From Acidobacteriota bacterium (GTDB taxonomy: Bacteria > Acidobacteriota > UBA6911): a DNA stretch of 64,000 bases. A program made the position numbers and the translations under genes. This document shows positions 10,220-20,900 of the stretch, piece after piece (position 1 is the first letter of the stretch; every line of letters starts with the position of its first letter). Under the pieces are notes generated by a model. It did not search any database and was not told where the DNA came from. It saw only the letters and a program-made list of their open reading frames with translations. The stretch spans positions 6,830,880-6,894,879 of the forward strand of contig OY761556.1 in NCBI GenBank assembly GCA_963664705.1. The letters are read 5' to 3'.

Positions 10220-10399
10220 ATCGTCGCATTTGGCCGCCGTCAGCGGGCTAATGACGGATTGCTTTTCTGCGGACAACGATAAAGGGCGGCGGTTGGCCCG
10301 GTTGCAATGGGCCGGCCGCAGGCAAGGCCAGGCGGCCTTGCCTGCGGCCGCAATTCCATCCTTCATCAGATAGACTGCTGTCGACGCGGAGGTTCGCTC

Positions 10400-11977
10400 A
10401 TGATTGCCAATACGGTTGGCCTGTCCGCAGGATTCAATCTGGGTTGTATCTTTATCTTTCTCCTCTTCTCTTTGGTATCGGGATTGCCGGATTCTGTTTC
10501 TGCCCAGGTCAGCGCGGAAAAGGAAACGGCTGCCGCCCTTGCCAGGATTGAGAAGCTCAACCCTCTTCTCCATGCCGTAATCGCAGTAGACCCGGAAGCA
10601 CTGGAACAGGCCCGCGCGCTGGACCGGGCCAGCAAAGTACCTGGGCCCTTGTTCGGTGTTACCATTTTAGTTAAGGACAACATCGAGACGAAGGGCAAGC
10701 TGCCTACTACCGCAGGGAGCCTCGCGCTGCAGCACAATGTCACTGGACGTGATGCGCCAGTCGTAGGACGCCTGCGCTCGGCGGATGCCATTATTTTGGG
10801 GAAGACCAACCTTTCTGAATGGGCGAATATTCGGTCGAATGCATCGATTTCAGGTTGGAGTGCAGTGGGAGGGCAGACACGCAATCCACATGCCCTCGAT
10901 CGCAATCCCTGTGGCTCTTCGTCCGGCTCGGCGGTGGCTGTCGCATCTGGAATGGTCGCGGCGGCTATTGGCACGGAAACGGATGGATCGATCACCTGTC
11001 CGGCGGCCATCAATGGAATCGTCGGATTGAAGCCTACGGTTGGCCTTGTCAGCCGCTCGCATATTGTTCCGATCAGCCACAGCCAGGACACCGCGGGCCC
11101 CATGACCAAGGATGTCAGGACGGCGGCTCGTGTGCTTGCGGCGATGGCTGGAGGCGACTCGGATGATGCTGCAACAAAGGATGCGGATGTCCGCAAGGAA
11201 AACTATGTCGCGGCGCTGGATGTGGATGCGCCAAAGGGTAAGCGGATTGGAGTGCTTCGCTTTGCGGCTGGTTGGTCGGCGCCGGTGGACGTGTTGTTCG
11301 AGAAGGCCCTGGAAGTTTTGAAAGCCAAGGGCGCTACGCTTGTGGACATTAAGGAATTTGGAGATCGGCAGCGCATCATGGATGAGGAGCTTAAGGTGCT
11401 CCTTACCGAGTTCAAGGCGGATCTGAACTCCTATTTGGCCACAACTCCGCCTGCGGTAAAGGCGCGGACTCTGGCTCAAATCATTGCCTTCAACAGAGAA
11501 AATGCACACGCGGAAATGACTCTCTTCGGGCAGGAAATGTTTGAGCAGGCGGATGCGACGAAGGGGCTCAATGACCCGAATTATAAAGCGGCGCGTGCCC
11601 TGTCCTACCAGCTTGCGGGTCCCGGCGGCATCGATCGCATGCTTGCGGCCAATGATGTCGTTGCATTGGTTTTTCCCACGATGCCTCCGGCATGGAAGAT
11701 CGATGCGGCAAATGGCGACAATGTACCCAATGCTCCGATAGCAGGCTATCTCGCGGCTGTTGCCGGCTATCCGCATCTGACCGTGCCGATGGGTGAGGTC
11801 AGGCACCTGCCCGTTGGGCTCTCGTTTGTTGGCCCGGCTTGGAGCGAGGCACGCCTTTTGGGACTGGGCTATGCCTACGAACAGGCGGCCAGGATTAGTT
11901 TGATCCCGACCTTCATGCCGTCGATTGAAGATTCCTCCGAGATTTCAAAGCATCTCCAGCCGGCGGCAAAGCACTGA
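10400..11977 (+). CDS. Amidase signature family enzyme, probably exported
   Basis: VKDNI, GKTNLSEWAN, CGSSSGS and GTETDGSI (Ser-cisSer-Lys triad); GGAGG before ATG 10400. Confidence 0.92.
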   Translation: MIANTVGLSAGFNLGCIFIFLLFSLVSGLPDSVSAQVSAEKETAAALARIEKLNPLLHAVIAVDPEALEQARALDRASKVPGPLFGVTILVKDNIETKGKLPTTAGSLALQHNVTGRDAPVVGRLRSADAIILGKTNLSEWANIRSNASISGWSAVGGQTRNPHALDRNPCGSSSGSAVAVASGMVAAAIGTETDGSITCPAAINGIVGLKPTVGLVSRSHIVPISHSQDTAGPMTKDVRTAARVLAAMAGGDSDDAATKDADVRKENYVAALDVDAPKGKRIGVLRFAAGWSAPVDVLFEKALEVLKAKGATLVDIKEFGDRQRIMDEELKVLLTEFKADLNSYLATTPPAVKARTLAQIIAFNRENAHAEMTLFGQEMFEQADATKGLNDPNYKAARALSYQLAGPGGIDRMLAANDVVALVFPTMPPAWKIDAANGDNVPNAPIAGYLAAVAGYPHLTVPMGEVRHLPVGLSFVGPAWSEARLLGLGYAYEQAARISLIPTFMPSIEDSSEISKHLQPAAKH

Positions 11978-12082
11978 TAGAAGCGGCTATTCGGGCCAAC
12001 GCCGCCAATTATTTGCGGAATTGGCCCTAGGGAAGCGGCTAAGCTCTTGCCGGCGAGACGGCGCTCCCGGTGCGCTCCGGCT

Positions 12083-12418
12083 TCAGTCTGCGGCATTCGC
12101 CGGAACGCTCATTTCCTCTTTCAACTCGTAATGCTGCGATCGCAGGTCAAAATGGGACAGCAATGCTCTCGCTTTTTCCGGTACGACTGCAGCTTCGTAA
12201 TCCGCGCCGGCAAACGCCTGAATTGCATCGAGTGAGTCAAAATACATGATGGTTATGAATTCCACCTCGTCGCCAATGGGGCGACGCAGCAGTTGTATGT
12301 TTTTAAAGCCTCGGATTTGTCGATTGTTAATGCCGACAAAAATTTCCGCCTTGAGTAACCGCTCATATCCATCTGCATTGTCGAAGCTGGTCCATCCGTG
12401 CCAGATCCGCACTATCAT
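12083..12418 (-). CDS. Antibiotic biosynthesis monooxygenase (ABM) domain protein
   Basis: MIVRIWHGWT...EFITIMYFDSLDAIQAFAGADYEAAVVP. Confidence 0.85.
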   Translation of the reverse strand: MIVRIWHGWTSFDNADGYERLLKAEIFVGINNRQIRGFKNIQLLRRPIGDEVEFITIMYFDSLDAIQAFAGADYEAAVVPEKARALLSHFDLRSQHYELKEEMSVPANAAD

Positions 12419-12575
12419 ACCGGTATACTCCTTTCTCATCTTTCCGCTGCTCGTTATTGAGTGGTGAATGGAGGACACTCTATGCCGGGGAACTATCGTC
12501 CGGCAAGGAGAACCTGCCGGATGGAAGCTGCACGGGCATTGCCTCAGCGGTTTCGGATTGGGATGCAGCCCGCGT

Positions 12576-13436
12576 TCATGAGATGACGTTTGTCCCCATT
12601 GGACCAAAGCCGCGTGTTGCTTGAATTTGCAGCATCTCCGGCGAGTACTGGCCGTCCGGGCCATGAATAATCAAGGCCGGTTCCTCAACGGAGGGTCCGG
12701 AGCCATGAAGGCTGGCGCAATAGAGTGAAAACAGGGGTGGTTTTGATCGCGTAGGAACGACGTCCCGATAGGAATCGATATGAAATCCTTCCCGAGTCAC
12801 GAGGTCGAGCCCGCGTTGCTTTTGGCGATGCGGAAAACAGTAAATGAAAAGGCCATCGTCTTGCAGGCACCGCCTGACTGTCCGCGCATAGTCTCCCACA
12901 TGCCCCCGCAGCTCAAATCGCGCACAGGCCTTTTGAGTATCTTCGGGAAGTTGACCGGCGTGACGAGGAAAATAGGGAGGACTTCCGGTGACAAGATGGA
13001 AGAGCGTATCGGCGGCGAACTCGCGCAAATCGCCATGAATTGCAGTTGCACGGGAAGTCAGACGGTTGCATTCAAGATTCGCCTGCAGCAATGCATAACT
13101 GGCATCGTAGGCTTCAATGCATGTCAGCGTCGCCTGCTCGGAAAGGCCCCACAGGACGATCATTCCCACCGTGCCGACGCCGGATCCCAGGTCGAGATAG
13201 CGCGTGGCGCCGGGACATTTTTGCAGCGCGTACCAAGCGGTCAGCGCATCGTCGATGGAGTGACGATGTCCGCGCAGCCGCTGAAATATGCGCAGGGGCC
13301 CGGTCAGTCCGCTGATGGTCAGCGGTTCCCCCAGGTGTTTTTCCAGGGCGGCTTGTTGCGCGAGAAAGGTCTGCTGAATTGCCGTGACATCGGCAGTCGG
13401 CAAGGTTTTCGATTCGGCAATCCGGCTCATCTGCAT
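12576..13436 (-). CDS. SAM-dependent methyltransferase, tRNA1(Val) m6A37-like
   Basis: HRHSIDD, LDLGSGVG, SPPYF and ARFEL motifs. Confidence 0.8.
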   Translation of the reverse strand: MQMSRIAESKTLPTADVTAIQQTFLAQQAALEKHLGEPLTISGLTGPLRIFQRLRGHRHSIDDALTAWYALQKCPGATRYLDLGSGVGTVGMIVLWGLSEQATLTCIEAYDASYALLQANLECNRLTSRATAIHGDLREFAADTLFHLVTGSPPYFPRHAGQLPEDTQKACARFELRGHVGDYARTVRRCLQDDGLFIYCFPHRQKQRGLDLVTREGFHIDSYRDVVPTRSKPPLFSLYCASLHGSGPSVEEPALIIHGPDGQYSPEMLQIQATRGFGPMGTNVIS

Positions 13437-13846
13437 TTTGAGGTGTCCTGCAGACCTTGTATCGCTTTTGGAAGTCCGAAGGATTTTTCGAGGCTGCGAT
13501 AGACATGGCCTGCATCAATCAACTTCTTACGACCTGCACAGTTCATTAACGATGGATGTTCATTTTAGGTGCGTAAATTGCCAAAACCCAGAAATCCAGC
13601 CGCCAGTATAGCAAAATGAGGGGGCGCTCTGTGCAAGGCTATTTGACTGGCTGGAGGGTTCTGATGTCGCAATGAGAGCAATCTTCCTGTTGCCAGGGCA
13701 TTGTTTTGGTGTATTGACAGCCCGGATGATGTAGCGATATTTATAAGGACGGGTTGCGAACCTGTCACTCATGGGATAGGGAAGTCCATGCAGGCTCACA
13801 GCGAATCGTTGGCAAAGCATCGAACCAAACAACATGAGGTATCGTT

Positions 13847-14218
13847 ATGATCCCGGAAAAACTGCTGGAAATCATGAAACAGGATGGTGTTGTTGCTATC
13901 GCGACCTTAGGAGAGGATGGTCCGCATCTGGTCAACACCTGGAATAGCTACATCCGAATATCGACGGATGGGCGATTGTTTATTCCCGCAGGCTACATGC
14001 ATAAAACAGAGGCTAACATTGCCTATAATCCCAATTTGCTGATTACCATGGGAAGCAGCAAGGTCAAGGGCTTGCATGGGGCAGGCGCCGGCTTTTTGAT
14101 CAAAGGCAAAGGGAGCTTCATTACCTCCGGACCTGATTTCGATTTCATGAAAGAAAAATTCAATTGGCTGCGAGCCACCCTGGCCGTGACTATCGATTCC
14201 GCCACTCAGACCTGGTGA
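13847..14218 (+). CDS. FMN-binding split-barrel protein (pyridoxamine 5'-phosphate oxidase family)
   Basis: GVVAIAT...PHLVNTWNSY...TEANI...GFLIKG, resembling Desulfovibrio FMN-binding protein. Confidence 0.88.
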   Translation: MIPEKLLEIMKQDGVVAIATLGEDGPHLVNTWNSYIRISTDGRLFIPAGYMHKTEANIAYNPNLLITMGSSKVKGLHGAGAGFLIKGKGSFITSGPDFDFMKEKFNWLRATLAVTIDSATQTW

Positions 14219-14235
14219 GAGATGTCGTGATCACT

Positions 14236-14895
14236 CTATTTGATGATCAGGCCCAGCAGTCGTGCCAAATCTATCGCTTGCGCTGCATTGACAATGGCTC
14301 CTCGTAGATCCTCCGGCCGGACGGAAGCACCCTCGATCTCGGCTCCCCGCAGGTCCGTTCCTTTGAGTTTGGCTCGACTAAGGTCCGCACGACGAAGCAT
14401 GGCGTTCGTGAACAATGCGCCCTCAAGATCGGCTCCGCGGAGATCGGCGTCCCCCAGGTTGCACGATTTGAATTCAGAATTGCGGACTTGCCCATCGATG
14501 AATTGTGCATAACGCAAATCGCTGTTTTCCACCAATACGTCTTCCCAGCGACATTCAATGGCTCTCATCCCTGTCATACGGCAGTCGATGAGTTCAACTC
14601 GAGCCGCTTCAAAGCCCTGCAAAATGGAATTGGATAGATCGCACTTAACCAGCCGGACATCATGCAGCCGGGATTTGATAATCCGGCAGTTTGCGAAGGA
14701 GACATGCTCGAAAACCGAACTCAAGGCTATCAAAGAGGGGATTTTTCTGCCGGAACAGTCCAACTCCTGAAGGAGGCATTCCTCAATCAGTTCGCCGGCA
14801 AACAGCCTTTCGGTCTCGACGGTCGCCAAATCATCTCTCTCGGGGATGTTCTTGGGTGCGGTCCGGTGAAACGATTCCTCTTTTCGATGTTTCAT
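14236..14895 (-). CDS. Pentapeptide repeat protein
   Basis: ADLRG-ADLEG-ALFTN-AMLRR-ADLSR-AKLKG repeats. Confidence 0.92.
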   Translation of the reverse strand: MKHRKEESFHRTAPKNIPERDDLATVETERLFAGELIEECLLQELDCSGRKIPSLIALSSVFEHVSFANCRIIKSRLHDVRLVKCDLSNSILQGFEAARVELIDCRMTGMRAIECRWEDVLVENSDLRYAQFIDGQVRNSEFKSCNLGDADLRGADLEGALFTNAMLRRADLSRAKLKGTDLRGAEIEGASVRPEDLRGAIVNAAQAIDLARLLGLIIK

Positions 14896-15003
14896 AAAAC
14901 TCGATTATATTCTGGAATTTTGCAATTTACCTATCGTGTTTATCGGAGGCAGGACGATTGATCGCCGCCGTTGCCGAACAGGAAGAGACCGCATTGAGCC
15001 CGC

Positions 15004-15558
15004 TTAGTCATAAGGGTTGAGCAACTGTTCGATCGACACCGGCTTTTGATTCTGGCGCATCCCCTCCTCGATCATCTTTCGGGTTGCGTCGTCCAGATTG
15101 AAGAAGTTGACCAGCTGCAGTGTCAGATCAACCGGTTCAATCTCAGCGCCGGCGCATTGGATCTCCCATTTGGAGACCACCAGGGTTACTCCCGCTTTTT
15201 GCGCCACCGGTGAAAGTTTGTCCTTCAAAGCCTCCAGGACATTCGGGATCGAGAGGTTTCCGAAAACCTGCTGGTGCATGAGATTTTGGAAGGCCGGTCC
15301 CATGGCTTCGAGGGCTTTCAGCTTTTTTTCATCATTGGCCTCGCGGGCCTTCTGCTGTTCGAGATTCAGATTTCCCATGAAATCCCGGACCTTTTTCATG
15401 TTGTCCGCCCGGTAGTATGCCAGCGCGACGAATCGTGAATCGTAGGTTCCGATGCGAATCTTGGATTGAGCCTCCGCCGCATTCACTCTCTTCTCCGATA
15501 TTGCGGCGAACATTAAACCAATCATCAGCATTGCCACGAGCTGCCTGTTTCTTTTCAT
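15004..15558 (-). CDS. Exported helical hypothetical protein (loosely Skp/OmpH-like)
   Basis: Signal peptide; KIRIGTYD start, coiled middle, VAQKAGVTLVV...DLTLQLV end. Confidence 0.6.
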   Translation of the reverse strand: MKRNRQLVAMLMIGLMFAAISEKRVNAAEAQSKIRIGTYDSRFVALAYYRADNMKKVRDFMGNLNLEQQKAREANDEKKLKALEAMGPAFQNLMHQQVFGNLSIPNVLEALKDKLSPVAQKAGVTLVVSKWEIQCAGAEIEPVDLTLQLVNFFNLDDATRKMIEEGMRQNQKPVSIEQLLNPYD

Positions 15559-15667
15559 CCGGTTTCTCCTTTTCGCGTTTCATTCCCAGCCGCCAACCTG
15601 GCCAGGGAATGTCTGCAGCACAATAAGCCCTCGGGCCTTTCTATCGCCTGCCCGCCCCCACCAAATT

Positions 15668-15683
15668 AGCAAGATATGTGCCA
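15668..15683 (-). promoter_or_regulatory. Sigma-54 promoter
   Basis: Minus strand TGGCAC-ATATC-TTGCT; repeated TGTGCA boxes at about 15746-15782 may be activator sites. Confidence 0.78.
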
Positions 15684-16227
15684 ACGCGCTTTTTGTTGAG
15701 AACAATGAGGTTGGCCCGATTTGGTCGCGGGGCTTTGGTGACGCCTGTGCAATATGTGTCCGGGCCTGTGCATTTAGTGTACATGCTGCTTTGGAATTCC
15801 TCGATCCGCAGGAACGCCGGGAGTCCTATGCAGCACATATAAAGATAATACCAATTGGCAAAGGTCCGTTGGGTGGCTAAAGGGCAAAGCCCCGCCTATT
15901 TTTGTTGTCATTTGACCGTCCTCTGCCAATTACATTTGTCACCCCAGGGCTTGCAACAAGCGCAACCGTTCCTGGCGAGGCTCGTGTACCGATCCGCAGA
16001 GAGATATATGTGAAGATAGGCTGCATTGATAAGAATTTCCTATCGAATAGATGGATGGAGCACTCTGCAAGCTCGGCATATCATGGATCGTGAGTAACCA
16101 TGCAAATGGCGCTCCTAAAAGCTGGTTATGGAAATCAGATAAACAGAGGCATTATCTCTTCTCTGTTTCACATACTTGCAACGCCTTGTTGCGTGAGTGC
16201 CTTCGATATGAGTTTTGGTTCCGGTCT

Positions 16228-17136
16228 TTACTTTGGGAGAGGATCAGATGATGGCCAAAACCGCGCGGTTGATATCGGCAGGGGATGAAAGAAAGCGTTA
16301 ATGGAATGAATCTGTCCCCCCCATACTTTAAAAGCTTCATAGGTTACAAGTGAATTTCCTTGCCCGTAGGCGTCACCAGTGTGCCCAAAGTTCATCCACA
16401 AAAGTACTACTCCGTTTTGTTCATCCACGGATGCAACGCTGGCAATAATGCCCGGATGCAGAGTGATTCTCTGGGAATACATGCCGCAATCGGGACGGCC
16501 GCATCCCACGCCCGCTGTAATCACGCCGTTTTCAACGCGATAGATTTCCGGAGCAAAGGGAGTTCCGGCATCTGAGAAATTACCGATGCGCAGGCCTTCG
16601 GTATAGGTCAGCGCAGTTTTGATCATCGATTCTCTTGACTGTCTTTTGGCAGGAGGCACGGGATCATTCATTCCCATGATAGGTTTTCCCAACTCCCTCG
16701 GGGGGAATTTTGAGTCGGGCGTGATTCGCTGAACCAATGTCTCAATGCCGGCGATCCTCTTTCCTTTGAGATAAAGCAGCACAGAATAAAGAACCTGGTT
16801 TTTGTCTTCGTAGACTAATATGTGCGTGGCAGCGATCTGCCTTTTTGCATCCAAATAATCCTGCCGGAATTGCCCTTTTGCAGTCACTGTTTTCCAAAGA
16901 CCCTCACCCAAATCAATTTCCTTTCCATCCTCGGTAAAGCGAAATTTGTCGGTCAATAGGAACTTTGAATGATCGTGTGCCACAAGCGCATCAATATACA
17001 GTGTTATCATGCCAGTCATACAGGTGCGATTGCAGGATTCCACCGCGGCCGATGTCTGCGACACGCCTGCCGGAATTGCTATAACGAACATGGCAGCAAC
17101 GATTATTGATATAGAAAAATTACGTCGACGAATCAT
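16228..17136 (-). CDS. Uncharacterised exported protein (paralog 2 of 9173)
   Basis: CNRTCM...YIDALVAHD...RFTEDG...GEGLWKT, RVENG; GAGG RBS before ATG 17136. Confidence 0.75.
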   Translation of the reverse strand: MIRRRNFSISIIVAAMFVIAIPAGVSQTSAAVESCNRTCMTGMITLYIDALVAHDHSKFLLTDKFRFTEDGKEIDLGEGLWKTVTAKGQFRQDYLDAKRQIAATHILVYEDKNQVLYSVLLYLKGKRIAGIETLVQRITPDSKFPPRELGKPIMGMNDPVPPAKRQSRESMIKTALTYTEGLRIGNFSDAGTPFAPEIYRVENGVITAGVGCGRPDCGMYSQRITLHPGIIASVASVDEQNGVVLLWMNFGHTGDAYGQGNSLVTYEAFKVWGGQIHSINAFFHPLPISTARFWPSSDPLPK

Positions 17137-17935
17137 AGTCCTCTTTATCATGGGTGTTATGCAAAGAAAACAGCAAGCGATGGCTCCGCAAATCCCCAGG
17201 CGCCTGGGGATTTGCAAATGCATACGCCGGAATGAGCAGATGCCAGATATCCGCGATACTGTGCCCTGTGAAACCGTCAGTATGGTCAAACATTAGGCGC
17301 AACTCGCAAGCCATAATATCACTCTTAGTTATTTTCCCCGCCAGCCAGATTCCAACACAGGCTTCGAGCCTGATTATCAGGTGCATAGCCGGCAAAATAC
17401 ACAATCGACCGCGGACTGCTAAGGACCGAGGCGCGGCGCCAGGCCTCGATCTGAATAGATCGGAGAGCCCTGCATATTATTTGGATAATAATTTCATAGC
17501 AATTTCATCGGCCGTCGCTGAGAAAGAATGTCTAATTGCCCCCTATTCAATGTCAATTCTCTGGGTCTCAATTTCTATTCGCAAGCAGAGATTTGAACAA
17601 AAGCGTTATCACAAACCGCTGTTTGATTTTGCTGTGGGGGATTGCATGTACCTAAAGTAACGATTGAGTTTCTGCCATCATGCGCAGAGATGATATCACG
17701 CCAACAAGGCTAATCGACTATAGCGGAGACCCCAGCTGATGTCTCCCCAAGTACGAATCCTGGACAATTGTTGTCGAGCAAACGCTGGATGAGCACTCCA
17801 GGATTTGGCGTCCGATGCATTGGCTGTTGATGGAGGAGCAGATACGAACGAGTTCGCCTGCTTCGGCGGTTGCCTGCATGGTTTATTCGTCTTTGGATCA
17901 GGTATGGATGTTTCTAATCGAGGTCGATAAAGCGT

Positions 17936-20900
17936 ATGCCCAAAAAAGTAGTTTTATACAAATGGTTTGCTTTGGTCGCTGTGCTCCTGCCATGCTTTTT
18001 GGTTTCCGTGCAGGCTTTTGGCCAGACCCTCAGTTCTCTGAGTGGAACCGTTCAGGATGCCACTAAGGGGGTGTTGCCAGGTGCAACAGTGACAGCTACG
18101 AATACGGCAACCGGCGTTGCCACAACGACAATAACGAACAATGCTGGAGTCTATAATATGCCGGCGCTTCAGCCGGGAACATATCGGGTATCTGCCCAAA
18201 TGAACGGCTTCCAGACCAACATCGTAACTGGCGTCAAGCTGGACGTCGCCAGCCAGGTGCGTTTCAACTTTGAGCTTGCGATTGCCGGAGTATCATCACA
18301 GGTCGAAATTTCTACGAGCGCTGATAACCTCCTTCTTGAATCGAGCTCTACAACCGGGGCCGTTTTGACGCAGGATAATGTTGCGAAATTGCCTCTGCTC
18401 GGCAATAACATTATGGAACTATCCAACATCATGGGCGGAGTGGTCAGACAGGAAGATTCAATTTTCTATAATGATCAACAAAGTTTTGCCGGGGTTAAAG
18501 GCGGGAATATCAATATCCAACGCGATGGTGTTACCGTCAGTGATGCACGTTATTCCTCGGGCATCGTGTCGCCAAGCCGGCTTAATCCGGAAATGGTCAG
18601 CGAGTTTAAAATGGTCCTGACGCCGGTGGATGCCGAGATGGGGCGCGGAGCCGGTCAGGTTCAAGTCCTAACAAAATCAGGAACGAATACTTTTCACGGA
18701 TCCGGTGTATGGAGCAACCTGAATACAGGCATCGATGCTAATGAATGGGATAATAACAGGACTGGCACCGGAATAGACTATAGCAATGTTAACGAGTACA
18801 CCATCACCGTCGGCGGACCACTCATCAAAAACAAAACTTTCTTCTTCGGCAGCTGGAATCAAAACATCGTGAGGATGAGGTCGACAGTGCGAACGCCCGT
18901 ACTCACCAATTGTGCGCGGAAAGGAATCTTCCGATATTTTGACGGATGGATCGGTGCGAATACGCAGACGAGTATATCTCGTACAGCAAACGCACAGACA
19001 CGGCCTGTGACCGATAGCCAGGGGAATCCGCTGGTCCCGACGGATAATGTGAACGGCACCCCCTATTCGGGAGTTGGCACGGTCCCCAGCTACCAGGGGT
19101 TGAATTATTTTAGCGTACTGGGCCAGCTTACCCCCTCTGCCAGGCAGCAGGTTCTCGCGGACCCGGTTAATTGTTCGGCCTACGCGCCAAATGGACTTTC
19201 CTATGATGCAAGTCTGGCAACCCAGCAAGGCTTCAATGGCATTGTTGCAGGATCAAGCTGGGATACTCATCGGTTGGGATATGATTCCTCGGGCTATATT
19301 TCGCGATTCTCTGCATTGATGCCCGTGGCGAATGACTTCTATGGAGGTGGTTCTGCCAGCTGGGGCGATGGCCTAAATGTTGCGGACCACAAGTGGACGC
19401 GCACGACGCCTGGCAAGGATACTGTGTATGGAACGGGCTACGATAATCAACGGCGATCGCTCAATTTCAAGATTGACCACAACATTAGTTCAAATCACAA
19501 ACTTAGCGGGGCGTATTCCTATGAGGCTGATGATGCGACTGCTGCAGATCAAACCTGGCCCATGCCCAACGGTTTTCCCGGATCCACTCTCCGGAATCCA
19601 CAAACTTTTTCTTTAAACTATACAGCCACGCTGCGACCGACTCTCCTCAATGAATTTCGTTTTGGACTTGCCTATAACTGGATGCACAGCGAAGATCCCA
19701 TGACAGGGATCTATGGCACGCAGATGAAGGAACTATTGCAAAAGCTGCTTCCAACAAGCGACTGGCCGGATTGGAAGAGTATGCCTGTGGTTGTGGGGCC
19801 TGGTGCCTACAGGACCCTTTTCTCGCCGGACACCTACATCGCCCAAACGCCATCGGAGACGGCAGTCATTGCAACCCCTATTGCCGCTAGTAATCCCTAT
19901 GGCAGCCGCAACTGGTATCAGATTACCTGGGGCGGAGAGGACAAACGCTGGACTTGGGGCGATACAATGACATGGGTGAAGGGCTCTCATTCTTTCCGGT
20001 TTGGCGGTGAATACCGCTGGACACGGATAGGACAGCAGGGCAATGGAACTCAAGGCGCCACCTGGCGATCAAGTGGTACGACACCGTTTGTACTAGGTGG
20101 AGATGGAGGCATCGACACGGCCGCGGCTGCTGGTTTTCAAAACATATCCGGGCTGGTGGGCACGACAAAACAGGGGCTGAATCCCACAGGGAGCTATCAG
20201 CAGGCATACAACCTTCTGAGCTATTTGTCCGGTTCAGTCGGAGAATTGCGCCAATGGTATTTTGTAAACTCGGCCAAAAATCTGTCCTGGAATGATCCCG
20301 CGAAGGGAGAGCTGAATCAAGATCTTCCTATTCTTCAAAGGGAATTCAGCTTCTTCTTTAAGGATGATTGGAAGATTGCCAACAATCTGACCCTGAATCT
20401 GGGCATCCGATATGATTACTACGGAGTCCCGTGGGTGGATAGAGGAATGACTGTGGGATTGGAGGGAGGCAGCCAAAGCCTTTTTGGAGGTTCTCAAGGA
20501 GGCTTTAGCAACTGGCTTCAAAACAATGCCTCCTATGATGCCTCCAAGGAAACGGTTCTGCAGTTTATCGGGCCGGATTCACCGCATCCCGATCAAAGCG
20601 CCTACAACAAAGATTTAAATAACTTTGGTCCAGCGATAGGTTTTGCCTGGCAACTTCCGTGGCTTGGAAAAGGGAAAACCACAGTGCGAGGAGGCTATCA
20701 GGCTAGCTTCGTTCCCGTTGCCGCAGGAGCCTCGTTTGCCGGTATTATCGGCGGCGCGACCGGAACCGTGTATCAAGCCATTTATCATGGGGATGCCAAC
20801 GTCAGGGATGGGTACATGGATATGTCCATGGTCCGAGATATGATTCCCATTACGAAGGTTCCCGCAATCCAAGCACAAAATATCCAGCCGTTGCAGAAAC

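Noticed and set aside
15855-15900. c-di-GMP-I riboswitch (GGCAAA...GCAAAGCC)
   Set aside because: It lacks the P2 stem with a GNRA tetraloop and has no suitably placed downstream gene.
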